A stretch of 36,299 bases of DNA, taken from an uncultured Gemmatimonadota bacterium. Its GTDB lineage: Bacteria; SM23-81. Each line of letters starts with the position of its first letter. The first letter of the stretch is position 1. The notes beneath the pieces were generated by a model that ran no database searches, had not been told where the DNA came from, and saw nothing but the letters and a program-made list of their open reading frames with translations. Positions 17,744 through 27,690 of this stretch are shown here, piece by piece. Where the stretch lies: the NCBI GenBank assembly GCA_964584035.1, contig CAZOYL010000009.1, positions 872-37,170 of the forward strand. Reading direction: 5' to 3'. A program made the translations under genes and the position numbers.

Positions 17744-19034
17744 AGCCATCCTCATCGACAAAATAGAAACGCCGGTTTGAACTGTAGTAATGCCATATTT
17801 GATAGGGTTGACCGCCAATTTCCATAGGATGACGCTCAATATCGTCCGGCGGGCCATAGATGATATAGATGCGCCCCCGATCGGCTCTCCAGCCGGTCGA
17901 TACCACCGAATAGTGAACGTTGGCGTATTCGATCCGACGATAGTACTCCGTTCTCATCTCGTTGGCAGGTGTTCCCGGCGTCGGATCCCGCTGTTCCCAG
18001 AATTCCAGCCAAACCTCACGGCGGTCTTCCTCCTCGGCCGCCTTCAATTTTTTATACTCTTCATCGGTGGCGATGTAGCGAAGCTGTTCCAGGGCCTCTT
18101 CGTAATCCTTGGCCACATGACCCAGGGCAGACCAGCGGATCTGGAAAGTGACTTCCTCGCTGACCGTTCGATCATTCACCTGGTCCCGGATGGTCACCCG
18201 CAGCAGGTATTGATCCTCGTCCAGGGCGGACACCTGGAATAATCGGAAGGCGTCGCTGATCTGACCCTCTCTGCGGACGCTGGCGGTATCTGACAGAACG
18301 ACCTCTCCGGAGGCATTGACGATCTCATATTGAGCCCGGTAGGCCGCGGCCGAGGGATTGCCGGCTCTCAGATCATAGATCTCGAAATAACACCACATTT
18401 GCGGCTGAATATCGCTGAAAACATTATTCACACTGGGAGTTATAAGAAGACCGCGGCGTTCGTAGGAACCCGCCTGGGCCCCCTCGCCGGAATCGGGGGC
18501 GATCTGATGGGCCAATAGCAGCCCGCTGAGGGTCATCTCCGACCGCTCGAAATCCGGGACCATCGTTCGGGTCTCGGTCCGGACCATCGCGCCGGTATGC
18601 TGGCCTTCAATCCAGATCTTCAGCTGATATTCTCCGGGAGGCAGGAAAAACTGAAAATATCCCACGACGAAGGTATCGCGGGAATTGGTCTGATCATACG
18701 TTTCGGCCCAATGCGTGCCGGACACCTCATCTCCGGTGACCTGATGGCCATCATGGTCATAAACGACACAGATGACCTGAAAATCGGCCCGATATCGACC
18801 GTCGCTCCTGATGAACTGCAGATGGTCGTTCACCACCCTGTAATGGATCACCACATAACTGGTTCGGGAAATGGGATCGAAAAAGGGGATGCTGTTGACC
18901 GAAAAAACGACCGGCCCTTCGGGAACATTATCCAGCGTTCGCGGTTGGGCCTCAACAGATGCGGTCAACAGGAGGCAGATGACCAGCGGGGCGATGAAAA
19001 GAATTTCAGAAAATCTGTTCCGGGAGAGGAACAT
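17712..19034 (-). CDS. GWxTD domain protein (secreted/periplasmic), paralog 1, variant motif GWRAD
   Basis: EFWEQRDPTPGTPANE...EYYRRIEYAN...GWRADRGRIYIIYGPPD; signal peptide ending VEA-Q. AGGAGG SD. Confidence 0.9.
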   Translation of the reverse strand: MFLSRNRFSEILFIAPLVICLLLTASVEAQPRTLDNVPEGPVVFSVNSIPFFDPISRTSYVVIHYRVVNDHLQFIRSDGRYRADFQVICVVYDHDGHQVTGDEVSGTHWAETYDQTNSRDTFVVGYFQFFLPPGEYQLKIWIEGQHTGAMVRTETRTMVPDFERSEMTLSGLLLAHQIAPDSGEGAQAGSYERRGLLITPSVNNVFSDIQPQMWCYFEIYDLRAGNPSAAAYRAQYEIVNASGEVVLSDTASVRREGQISDAFRLFQVSALDEDQYLLRVTIRDQVNDRTVSEEVTFQIRWSALGHVAKDYEEALEQLRYIATDEEYKKLKAAEEEDRREVWLEFWEQRDPTPGTPANEMRTEYYRRIEYANVHYSVVSTGWRADRGRIYIIYGPPDDIERHPMEIGGQPYQIWHYYSSNRRFYFVDEDGYGDYKLVAWR

Positions 19035-19078
19035 AACCCCTCCTGACAAGGGATATTTCCTTTTCTGTTCTGTCAAAT

Positions 19079-19107
19079 ACTATAGACAATCGGGCTGGGA
19101 AATGCAA
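19079..19107 (-). promoter_or_regulatory. putative sigma70 promoter of the GWxTD pair
   Basis: Minus strand TTGCAT-N17-TATAGT. Confidence 0.55.
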
Positions 19108-19154
19108 GCAGAAAATGGATCGCTGGAGGGCGTCGAGAGGGCCGGGGGCAGGCT

Positions 19155-20381
19155 TTATTCGTAGCGCAGGGCGACGATGGGATCCAACCTGGCCGCTTTA
19201 GTGGCGGGATAGATGCCAAAAAACATGCCCACCGCGGTGGAGAAACCCAATCCCAGCAAAACGGACCACAGCGGCACGGTCGATGGCAGAGGGGATACGG
19301 CCCCGACCAGTTGACCGAGGAGAAAACCCAGCAGGATACCGACCGTTCCTCCCACGCCGCTGAGAGCAGCCGATTCGACCAGGAACTGCCAGAGGATATC
19401 TTTTCTTTTCGCCCCCAGAGCCTTGCGGATGCCGATCTCCCGAGTCCGTTCGGTGACCGTTACCAGCATGATGTTCATGATACCGATACCCCCGACCAGC
19501 AACGAGATAGAGGCCACACCGATGACCACGGCAAAGGCCGCTCCGGTGATGTTATTGAACACCCCCATGAGGGAATCCTGCGTATGTATCTCAAAATCGT
19601 TGGGCTGGCTGTAGGGAATACCCCGGCGCCGGCGGAGGAGCGAGATGACCTCATCGATGGCCTTTTGCGTCGAACTCGGGCGATCCGGTTTCACCCCGAT
19701 GTCCACGGAGAAGTTCTCCCCGGCTAATTTCTGCAGCGTGGTCAACGGAATCATCACCTGGTTGTCCTGACTGCCCCCCATGAAGCTGCCCTTTTCCTCC
19801 AGAACACCCACCACCAGAAAACGGTGCGGTCCGCTGCGAACATACTTGCCCAGGGGATCTTCATAGGGAAAGAGCTTCTTGATCACATCGTTGCCCAGCA
19901 CGCAGACCTGTCTGCGGTGATCGACATCGGTCGGGGTGATAAAACGGCCCCATTTGACGTAATAGGAGTAGACCTGCAAATAGGTCTCGGTCACGCCCCA
20001 GATAGGCACCCGGTCGGTGGATTCGCCCCCATACTTGATGACCTCTCCGGGATAGAGGGTGATGTCCGCGGCGACCGTTTTCACGGAGCGGCACAAGTTC
20101 TGGATGGCCCGGGCATCCTCGTAGGTCAGGTCCTTCCGGCGGGCATATTCCCGCCATTGCTTGCCCGAGGTGATGATGGCCGGAAATTTATCCACATAGA
20201 AGGTGTCGGAGCCGAGCACGCTGAGCTCCTCCTCGACACTTTTTTTCAAACCCTCCGTGATGGACATCATAGTGATGACGGTGGTGACCCCGATGATGAT
20301 GCCCAGGGTGGTGAGAATGGACCGCATTTTATGGGTCTTCAGGGATTTCAGGGCCATCCGAAAGATTTCGCCGAACTCCAT
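19155..20381 (-). CDS. MacB/FtsX-family ABC transporter permease 2
   Basis: RSILTTLGIIIGV, VGGIGIMNIML, VTERTREIGIRKALGA, FLVES and YPA.KAARLDPIVALRYE motifs. Start at MEFGE. Confidence 0.95.
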   Translation of the reverse strand: MEFGEIFRMALKSLKTHKMRSILTTLGIIIGVTTVITMMSITEGLKKSVEEELSVLGSDTFYVDKFPAIITSGKQWREYARRKDLTYEDARAIQNLCRSVKTVAADITLYPGEVIKYGGESTDRVPIWGVTETYLQVYSYYVKWGRFITPTDVDHRRQVCVLGNDVIKKLFPYEDPLGKYVRSGPHRFLVVGVLEEKGSFMGGSQDNQVMIPLTTLQKLAGENFSVDIGVKPDRPSSTQKAIDEVISLLRRRRGIPYSQPNDFEIHTQDSLMGVFNNITGAAFAVVIGVASISLLVGGIGIMNIMLVTVTERTREIGIRKALGAKRKDILWQFLVESAALSGVGGTVGILLGFLLGQLVGAVSPLPSTVPLWSVLLGLGFSTAVGMFFGIYPATKAARLDPIVALRYE

Positions 20382-20388
20382 ATCTTCC

Positions 20389-21612
20389 TCACTCGTAATG
20401 CAGCGCCTCGATGGGATTGAGCCGGGCTGCCTTGGCGGCCGGATAGAGGCCGAAAAAGATGCCCACGGCCGACGAAAAACCCAGCCCCAATACCACCGAC
20501 CATAACGAAACGGAAGCCGGCAGCGGCGATACGGCTGCCACCAGCTTGCCCAGACCAAACCCGATCAGGATACCGACCAATCCGCCCACACAACTCAGGG
20601 TGATGGCCTCGACAAGAAACTGCCACAGGATATTTCGTCGCCGCGCCCCCAGCGCCTTCCTGATGCCGATTTCACGAGTCCGTTCCGTCACGGAGACGAG
20701 CATGATGTTCATGATCCCGATCCCGCCCACGATCAGCGAAACGGTTCCGATGCCGATCATGACCAGATAGATCGTTCCGGTGACCTTCTGGTACATATCG
20801 GTGAGCATGTCCTGCTGATTGATGGAGAAATCATCCGGTTCTCCAGGCCGATTCCTGCGGATGATCCGCATGGCCCACCGTACCTCCTCTTTAGTCTCTT
20901 CCAGGGCCTGTGGATCGGAAGCTTCCACCATGATGTCCAACGAACGGTATGATCCGAACAATTTTTCGAAGGTGCGAATGGGAATGATGACGTCCTCGTC
21001 CTGGTTGAAACCAAGCAGATTGCCCTTTTCTTCCTTGATCCCGATCACCAAAAACCTGAAGGGCCCGATAAAGACCCGCTGATAGAGCGGATCGACATCT
21101 TTAAATACGGCCTCGACCACCGCCTGTCCCAAAATGCAGACCTGATTATGCCGGTGATTGTCCACGCCGGAAAAGAATCGTCCTTGAGCGGCGGATACAT
21201 CGGCCACATCCTGATATTCAGGGGTCGTTCCCCGAATGAGAATGGCCTCGGCCCGAGCGTCTCCAAACTTGATCATCCGGCGAGAATATGTCACCGGAGC
21301 GACAGCCGTGGCGGTGGTCAGCATACCGCTCAACCGGTCGGCCTGTTGTCTGGTTATGTTTTTTCTATTTCTGTACTTATACCAATCCTCGCCGGCGAAC
21401 CAGGGAAATTTTTCAACATAGAGTACATTCGATCCCAGGCTGGCCACCTGACCGGTAAAGCTCTGATTCAGTCCCTGAACCAGAGAGACCAGTCCGATCA
21501 CGGTGGTCACACCGATGAGAATGCCCAGGGTGGTCAGGGCGGCTCGGACCTTGTGCGTTCTCAGAGCGCCCATGGCAATGCGGACGCTTTCAATGATCTC
21601 TCGTGGGTTCAC
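20389..21612 (-). CDS. MacB/FtsX-family ABC transporter permease 1
   Basis: Same MacB motifs (VTERTREIGIRKALGA, YPAAKAARLNPIEALHYE). GTG start. Confidence 0.95.
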   Translation of the reverse strand: MNPREIIESVRIAMGALRTHKVRAALTTLGILIGVTTVIGLVSLVQGLNQSFTGQVASLGSNVLYVEKFPWFAGEDWYKYRNRKNITRQQADRLSGMLTTATAVAPVTYSRRMIKFGDARAEAILIRGTTPEYQDVADVSAAQGRFFSGVDNHRHNQVCILGQAVVEAVFKDVDPLYQRVFIGPFRFLVIGIKEEKGNLLGFNQDEDVIIPIRTFEKLFGSYRSLDIMVEASDPQALEETKEEVRWAMRIIRRNRPGEPDDFSINQQDMLTDMYQKVTGTIYLVMIGIGTVSLIVGGIGIMNIMLVSVTERTREIGIRKALGARRRNILWQFLVEAITLSCVGGLVGILIGFGLGKLVAAVSPLPASVSLWSVVLGLGFSSAVGIFFGLYPAAKAARLNPIEALHYE

Positions 21613-21672
21613 GCCGGTTCTCTTGCCGTTATTAGGGGACCAATGGTTGAGATGGACCGCAGGGGGGGGAAC

Positions 21673-22410
21673 TCAGGATGCCGGGGAAGACGATTCCCGT
21701 GAAGCATCTCCTGCCAGCTGGCGCTTCCGGCGGAGTTCATCGGTGGCCACCATTCCATCCAGTAATCGAATGGAGCGCTGGGTATGCTGGGCGATATACT
21801 CCTCGTGGGTGACCAGGATGATGGTATTGCCGCCCTGATGTATCCGCTCGAAGATCTGCATGATCTCCTCGCCGGTTTTACTGTCCAGGTTTCCGGTGGG
21901 CTCATCGGCCAGGATCACCGAGGGCTGGTTGACCAGAGCTCGAGCGATGGCCACTCGCTGGCGCTGACCTCCGGAAAGTTCGTTGGGCCGGTGATGAGCC
22001 CGATCGGCCAGCCCCACCGATTCCAGCGCTTCACGAGCCGACTGGCGGCGCTCCTTGGCCGGGGTGCCGTTATAGATCAGGGGCAGCTCGACATTATGCA
22101 GTGCAGTGGCCCGGGGCAGCAAATTGAAGGTCTGGAAGACGAATCCGATCTCCCGGTTGCGAATGTCCGCCAGGGCGTTATCGTCCAGACCTCCGATCTC
22201 ACGATCCTTGAACTGATAAGTGCCCTCCGTGGGAGTATCCAGGCAGCCCAGTATATTCATCAAGGTCGATTTACCGGAGCCGGAGGGTCCCATAATGGAG
22301 AGATATTCATTGAACTCAATCGACAGGGTGATCCCCCGAAGCGCCGGGACCTCGACCGTTCCCACCTGATATACCTTGGTAATATTCTTCAGCTCAATCA
22401 GTTTTTCCAT
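21673..22410 (-). CDS. ABC transporter ATP-binding protein (MacB/LolD/YknY type)
   Basis: Walker [45 protein letters not shown] and VTHE motifs. Confidence 0.97.
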   Translation of the reverse strand: MEKLIELKNITKVYQVGTVEVPALRGITLSIEFNEYLSIMGPSGSGKSTLMNILGCLDTPTEGTYQFKDREIGGLDDNALADIRNREIGFVFQTFNLLPRATALHNVELPLIYNGTPAKERRQSAREALESVGLADRAHHRPNELSGGQRQRVAIARALVNQPSVILADEPTGNLDSKTGEEIMQIFERIHQGGNTIILVTHEEYIAQHTQRSIRLLDGMVATDELRRKRQLAGDASRESSSPAS

Positions 22411-22414
22411 CCCC

Positions 22415-23767
22415 TCACCGCCTTTCGCCGCTAGGCTCTTGGTCCGGGCTCTCGATCTTGACCTTCTGACCATCCCGTAAATCCCGGAGGGCACGATAGC
22501 TGCCCGTTACGACCAGCTCCTCGCCCTCCAGGCCAGAGATGATCTCGGTTTCCGTATCGCTGCTGATGCCCGTTTCCACGGGAACCATGACCACGGCGCC
22601 GTCCTTGACCACAAAGACCACCTCGATCAACTCCTCCGGCTCCTCCCCCTGCTCCTCCTGCTCCGCTTTTCCGGATGCCTCATCGGCCGTAACGGAATCA
22701 TTCACCATCTCCCGGGATGTCTCTAAACTATCAGCGGACCGGGGCTCCGTCTTTGCCTTTGCCTCTGCCTCTTCGTCAGATTCCTCGGGAGCATCCGCCT
22801 TTTTCTCCTCTTCCTCTTCAGGCGGCTCGGGAGACCGCATAACGACACACTGGATGGGAACGGACCACACGTCCTCATGGGCGGCCGTCTCGATGTCCAC
22901 GGTGGCGGACATACCCGGGCGGAGGCTCATAACTCTCTCCAATATGGCCACCTTGACCTTGAAATTGGTGACCTCCTCCTGCGTTCCGCGCCCCTGGGTA
23001 AAAGCGCTGCTGGCGATCTCGGTCACTTCCCCTCTGAGCAGTGAGTCGGGCAGGGCATCCACCTCGATACTGGCCGGCTGGCCGATGGCCACCTCCACGA
23101 TATCCGTCTCATCCACATCCGCCTCTGCCTCCATCCGGGAGAGATCGGCGATGGTCATGATCACCGTGCCGGAGAATTGTTCGGTACCCAGGACCACCTC
23201 CCCCTCCTCGGAGTTCAGCTGGGAAACGGTCCCCGACATGGGCGCCAGAATGACGGTTTTCGAAAGATCGTCCTGGGCCTTTTGAAGATAGGCCATGGAA
23301 GCGTTATAATTGGCCCCTTCGACATCCTTGCGGGCCTCGACCGCCTCCAGATCGGCCTCCGAGGCCAGGCTGGCATCATAGAGCTGCTTGATGCGCCGGT
23401 ATTCGGCCTCGGCCTCCACCAGGCGAGCCTTGGCCGAGGCCAATTGAGCCTGCGCCTGATCCACCAGGGCCTGGTAGCGATTTCGATCCAATTGGACCAG
23501 GAACTGGCCCTGCTCAACCGGGTCACCCTCCTTGATCCCCATTCTGACGATTTTCCCCGAGACATTGGCACTGATATCGACCTCGGTTTCCGGCTGTATC
23601 TTCCCGGCGGCCGAAACGGTGGCGGTGATCCTCCCCTTCTTGACTTTTTCGGCCTGAACCGTGAGAGCTTTCTCCGAGCTGCGGGTCAGATTGAGCACGA
23701 TGATGACCACCACCACCAATCCTATGGCCAGCCCGATGATCACCTTCTTTTTCTTTTTGTTGGCCAT
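22415..23767 (-). CDS. efflux periplasmic adaptor (membrane fusion protein, MacA/YknX type)
   Basis: N-terminal TM anchor, lipoyl-like SGKI...KEGD.V..GQ.L, helical hairpin, APMSGTV, VDETDI..V..GQ and LRPGMSA motifs; acidic insertion near the C-terminus. Confidence 0.93.
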   Translation of the reverse strand: MANKKKKKVIIGLAIGLVVVVIIVLNLTRSSEKALTVQAEKVKKGRITATVSAAGKIQPETEVDISANVSGKIVRMGIKEGDPVEQGQFLVQLDRNRYQALVDQAQAQLASAKARLVEAEAEYRRIKQLYDASLASEADLEAVEARKDVEGANYNASMAYLQKAQDDLSKTVILAPMSGTVSQLNSEEGEVVLGTEQFSGTVIMTIADLSRMEAEADVDETDIVEVAIGQPASIEVDALPDSLLRGEVTEIASSAFTQGRGTQEEVTNFKVKVAILERVMSLRPGMSATVDIETAAHEDVWSVPIQCVVMRSPEPPEEEEEKKADAPEESDEEAEAKAKTEPRSADSLETSREMVNDSVTADEASGKAEQEEQGEEPEELIEVVFVVKDGAVVMVPVETGISSDTETEIISGLEGEELVVTGSYRALRDLRDGQKVKIESPDQEPSGERR

Positions 23768-23856
23768 TCAACTTCCTCCTGCTGTTGCTGCAATCCAGCA
23801 TCCTTGACATCACGGGTTGAGTGGATGATGCCCGCCGCCGTGATCCGTCAATAGTC

Positions 23857-25227
23857 TCACGGGGTCAAAGGCGCTCCGACCACCTGCTCCAGTTGCGCCA
23901 GGGACAGTTTATAATCATACAGGGCCGAGATATAGTTGGTCTGCGCCGTAGAATACGCCACCTGGGAATCGATTAACTCCAGCAGGAAACTGGCTCCCAG
24001 ACGGTACCGCTCCTCCGCCAGGCGCCGTTCTTCCTGAGCCAGCGCCAGGCTTTCCTCGGTCACCTGGATCCGCTGCTCCGCCTCCCTGACGGACAGAAAG
24101 GCCTTCTTGACGGCCAGGGATACCTCGCGCCGAGTCTGTCCCAGCTGCTCCCTGGCGATGGCTGAGTTCAACTGGGCCTGGCGGATATTCGATTTGGTGG
24201 AGAATCCATCAAAGACAGGAATGCTCAATGACAGGCCTACGCTCCAGGAATCATGATTCCGCCAGTCGGGAGCATCCTCCGGAAGATCGCTGTCATACCA
24301 GGAATAACTTCCGCTGGCCGACAACCTCGGCAGGCGGCCGCTTTTGGCCATCCCCAGGGAAGCTTTCGCCTGGCGCTGCTGGGCTCGGGCTATTCTCACC
24401 GCCGGCTGCTCGGTGAGCGCCGATTGGGTCAGCAAGGATAATTCCAGGAGCGGCTTTTGGACCTCCAGATCGTCGACCAGCTCCACCTCCGTATCCAGGT
24501 CCCAGCCGAGGATATCATTGAGGTCCGCTCTGGCGTTGCTGAGGTTGTTTCGGGCGCTGATCAGGCTCAGGCGGTCTTCTCCCAACTTCACCTTGGCTCT
24601 GAGCACATTGGCCTTTGTGTTGGCACCGATCTCAAAGAGATTTTCTTCCAGTTTGACCTGCTCCTGCGAACTATGCACCAGCTCCTCGGCCACCTGAACC
24701 AGCCGTGAGGCCGTCAACAGGCCGTAATAGCGTACTTTGACCTCCAGGGTCAATGACTGCCTGGTCTGAGTATAACTGTCCTTGGCCACCTGATGGCCCG
24801 CGCGGGCGTAAGCCAGATTTGAAAAGTTATAGCCCCCTCGGAAAAGGGACTGGCTCAGGCTCAAACTGGCCGAATAAGAATCGCTGGTCCGCTCCAGGAA
24901 CCGCTCGGGAATCGCGAGGCCATCGATGGTGATGCCCGACAGGGGATCCATGTAGGATTGGACGGAGTGGCTATATGAAGAGGAAGCATTGAGTTGTGGA
25001 AGAAAATTGGCTACGGCTCCTAGGACATCGGCCTTGGCCGACTGAACCGTTTTCAGGCCGATGATGGCATCCGGATTCTGCTCCATGGCAATGGCAATGC
25101 ATTCTTCCAGCGTCACGGTGCGCATCGAATCCAGTGCTTGTTCCTGAGCCCCAGCGAGCGCTCCGCTGAACAGCAAAGAGAACATTACGGCCATCGTCCA
25201 CGTGAATAATCGAAATATTACCTTCAT
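23857..25227 (-). CDS. TolC-family outer membrane efflux protein
   Basis: Signal peptide, TLEECIAIAMEQNP, two OEP repeats (LPQLNASSSY; LPRLSASGSY...SLSIPVFDG), ERYRLG...LEL.DSQ. Confidence 0.93.
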   Translation of the reverse strand: MKVIFRLFTWTMAVMFSLLFSGALAGAQEQALDSMRTVTLEECIAIAMEQNPDAIIGLKTVQSAKADVLGAVANFLPQLNASSSYSHSVQSYMDPLSGITIDGLAIPERFLERTSDSYSASLSLSQSLFRGGYNFSNLAYARAGHQVAKDSYTQTRQSLTLEVKVRYYGLLTASRLVQVAEELVHSSQEQVKLEENLFEIGANTKANVLRAKVKLGEDRLSLISARNNLSNARADLNDILGWDLDTEVELVDDLEVQKPLLELSLLTQSALTEQPAVRIARAQQRQAKASLGMAKSGRLPRLSASGSYSWYDSDLPEDAPDWRNHDSWSVGLSLSIPVFDGFSTKSNIRQAQLNSAIAREQLGQTRREVSLAVKKAFLSVREAEQRIQVTEESLALAQEERRLAEERYRLGASFLLELIDSQVAYSTAQTNYISALYDYKLSLAQLEQVVGAPLTP

Positions 25228-25298
25228 CACATCACCGTCCTCGAGAAAGCGCGAAAAATACAATTACGAATCGATCTGGCGGACCTTCGCCGGAACTT

Positions 25299-26066
25299 CT
25301 ATCCCATCATGAGACGGCCTTTGGTCAGCAGGCCCACTCCAACAGCTCCAATGACATACAAAAGATAGAGACCGACAACCAGGCCGGCCGCTTTCCTGGT
25401 GGAGAATTTATAGATCACGGCCAATCCAATGGAGATCAGAGAAATCTCCCAGATGATGAAGATGTCGGTATGTGTCAAAATCTTAAAAAGCAGGTTCTGA
25501 TCGCCTCCCGAGGGCATCAGGGCGGCCAGGCTGGTATGGATTTGGGTGCTTTTTTTCAACAGCATCAATGGCGTTTTAAGGATAAATCCGGGAATGGCCA
25601 CCAGGCTCGACCAGCAGTAAACAGAGAGAACCTTTTTGAAACTGGCCTCTCCTCCCAGGAGCACGGTGCCGCCGAAATATAAGATTCCGCTGACCAGGAG
25701 GACGATGACGAAAATGGCGACAATCGGGCCGATGACATAACTTATAAGTTTCATTATTGGTTTGGCCTGCTGCTCGGCCATCCTGTCGAAAATCCTCTCC
25801 TTCTCTTGGGCGGACAGACGGGGATTCTGATCGATTTTATCACGAGCCTCCTCCATCCGGAAGTCTGACACGAGCACACCGCTGATCATTACCATGGCGA
25901 TCAGAACGATCACCGGAAGGAGCCAGGTCGGCTTTCGGTTAAGAGAAGAGAAGGTCTTACCGGGCTCCAGAAGCACCCCCCAGATCTTTCGCAAACCGCT
26001 CATCTGCGGCGCCTCTTCGGAGTGTCCCAGCTCGGTATTACTGCTTTCGGCATCCGGCATGGTCAT
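25299..26066 (-). CDS. Yip1-family membrane protein (YknW-like)
   Basis: VLLEPGKTF.SL..KPTW.LP, ~5 TM segments, GGEASFKKVLSV and DIF.IW motifs; directly upstream of tolC. Confidence 0.85.
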   Translation of the reverse strand: MTMPDAESSNTELGHSEEAPQMSGLRKIWGVLLEPGKTFSSLNRKPTWLLPVIVLIAMVMISGVLVSDFRMEEARDKIDQNPRLSAQEKERIFDRMAEQQAKPIMKLISYVIGPIVAIFVIVLLVSGILYFGGTVLLGGEASFKKVLSVYCWSSLVAIPGFILKTPLMLLKKSTQIHTSLAALMPSGGDQNLLFKILTHTDIFIIWEISLISIGLAVIYKFSTRKAAGLVVGLYLLYVIGAVGVGLLTKGRLMMG

Positions 26067-26156
26067 TGTCCCCCGTTTTTCTGTGTCGGCAACGGTAATC
26101 ACCTTCTGTTAAAACGTAAGGTCAATAAGAAAGTTTCAGTTTTTCCACGGCCACGT

Positions 26157-26196
26157 AAAGAAAAAGGCAGGGTCGAAACCGCTGCCTCCTTCTTTC
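26157..26196 (-). terminator. intrinsic terminator after tonB
   Basis: AGGCAG-GGT-cgaa-ACC-g-CTGCCT stem, flanked by an A-rich tract (left) and a T/C-rich tract (right). Confidence 0.65.
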
Positions 26197-26220
26197 TTGA
26201 TGCTTGAGTTTTGGCATCAC

Positions 26221-26841
26221 CTATTGGGAGTCCTTGAGCATAAATCGCACCGGATAGCTGACCCAGACGCGAACTGGTTTGTCTCGCTGCAGGGCGGGAT
26301 CGAACTTGCATTTCTTGGCTGCTTCGATGGCTGCCTCGTCACAACCCACATTTCCCAGGGATTTCAGCACCTTGGCATCGACCACGGAACCGTCCACATC
26401 CACCAGGATCTTGAGAATGACCATGCCCTCGATGCCGGCCTTTCTGGCGATATCCGGATATTTCGGCTTGATCAGCTTGATCAGCTTCGGAGGCGTGTCG
26501 TAAGCCACGAATTCGTCGGCCATCGGCGGCGGCGGCGGCGGCGGCGCCACGTCGACTCGCAAATCGGTGGTCTCGATGGTCACATCTTCAGGCAGATCGT
26601 CGCTCTCCGACTCGATCGGCACAGAGGGCCTGGGAGGAGGAGGAAGCTTTTTAATCTGCTGGGTTTCGGGAATATCCTGAACCTCCACCACCACCTGTTT
26701 GGCGATGGACTCATAGGGTTTGACCTCAACCTTCTGATAGGTCAGGAAGATGAACAGATGCAATGCCAGGGAGAGCACCAATGCCTTTTCGAAAACCGCC
26801 TTGTATTGGCTCTTTAAGTCCACTTTGGGGGTCTTATGCAC
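26221..26841 (-). CDS. tonB: energy transducer TonB
   Basis: TM with SxxxH (SLALH), poly-Pro linker, C-terminal domain KPKYPDIARKAGIEG.V.L.ILVD..GSV...FDPA. GTG start. Confidence 0.92.
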   Translation of the reverse strand: MHKTPKVDLKSQYKAVFEKALVLSLALHLFIFLTYQKVEVKPYESIAKQVVVEVQDIPETQQIKKLPPPPRPSVPIESESDDLPEDVTIETTDLRVDVAPPPPPPPMADEFVAYDTPPKLIKLIKPKYPDIARKAGIEGMVILKILVDVDGSVVDAKVLKSLGNVGCDEAAIEAAKKCKFDPALQRDKPVRVWVSYPVRFMLKDSQ

Positions 26842-26855
26842 GATGGACTCTCACC

Positions 26856-27266
26856 TCACTTTCTCTCTCTATCGGTGGCGAAATTCACCCGGAGAGCCTG
26901 GGCCCTTTTGAGTTCCTCCAGCACATCGGAGAGGGTCCCATATTGTGCATTCCCGTCCGCCTTTAACGAGATAATAATCCTTGGATTGTCGCGCATCTTC
27001 TCCAGCACCACCGGATAGACCATCGGCACCTTGACCAGCATATCGTCGATGGAGATCTCTCCCCTGTTGTTCACCCAGATATGACAGAGGTGCTTTTTGG
27101 TCTCGATCTTCTGGGTTGCTTCTGCCCGGGGCAGTAAGACATCCAGACCATGGTAGATCTTGAAGACCGTGGTCACCATGAAGAAAATCAGCAGTAAAAA
27201 CGCAATATCGGCCATGGAGCTGGTGGGAATGACCGATCCCACGTTGGATTTGCGTCGAAATTTCAT
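26856..27266 (-). CDS. exbD: ExbD/TolR-family protein 2
   Basis: IPTSSMADIAFLLLIFFMVTT with the conserved TM Asp; LKAD...Y....DVLEELK. Alternative GTG start at 27272. Confidence 0.92.
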   Translation of the reverse strand: MKFRRKSNVGSVIPTSSMADIAFLLLIFFMVTTVFKIYHGLDVLLPRAEATQKIETKKHLCHIWVNNRGEISIDDMLVKVPMVYPVVLEKMRDNPRIIISLKADGNAQYGTLSDVLEELKRAQALRVNFATDRERK

Positions 27267-27286
27267 CGCCACCCCCGGGAGGATGC

Positions 27287-27685
27287 TTAATCTGGCGCGG
27301 CCAAGGAAATACGTGGCGCATCGGCCAGTTTCAGCTCGTCCAGTACATCGATCATGGTCTCATATCGGGCTCCGGGATCGGTCTTCACGGAAACGATCAG
27401 ATTGGGATTCTCCTCCAGTTTCCGGCTGATGATGGATTCCAGTTCACCGATGGGAATGATGTCCCCCTCAACGGCCACCTGATTGGAGGCGTTGATCCAG
27501 ATGTGCATTAGGTTCTTCTTGGGAACCTTTTTTCCCTGTCCCAGAGCCGGCAACTGGAGACCCAGACCCCGCTCCATGCTCATGGTGGTCGTCACCAGAA
27601 AGAAGATGATCAGCAAAAAGGCGATATCGGCCATGGAGCAGGTCGGTATCTCCTCGCTGGCTCTCGCTCTTCTCTGTATTTTCAT
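27287..27685 (-). CDS. exbD: ExbD/TolR-family protein 1
   Basis: IPTCSMADIAFLLIIFFLVTT; VKTD..A.Y..MIDVLDELK. Confidence 0.92.
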   Translation of the reverse strand: MKIQRRARASEEIPTCSMADIAFLLIIFFLVTTTMSMERGLGLQLPALGQGKKVPKKNLMHIWINASNQVAVEGDIIPIGELESIISRKLEENPNLIVSVKTDPGARYETMIDVLDELKLADAPRISLAAPD

Positions 27686-27690
27686 CGCGT

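Noticed and set aside
19155..21612. Near-repeated DNA in the two permeases (and in the exbD and S8 pairs) as mobile or CRISPR-like repeats
   Set aside because: Explained by conserved protein motifs in paralogs; no regular repeat-spacer array, transposase or integrase in the window.
26525..26545. (GGC)n trinucleotide repeat
   Set aside because: Encodes the normal poly-proline linker of TonB.
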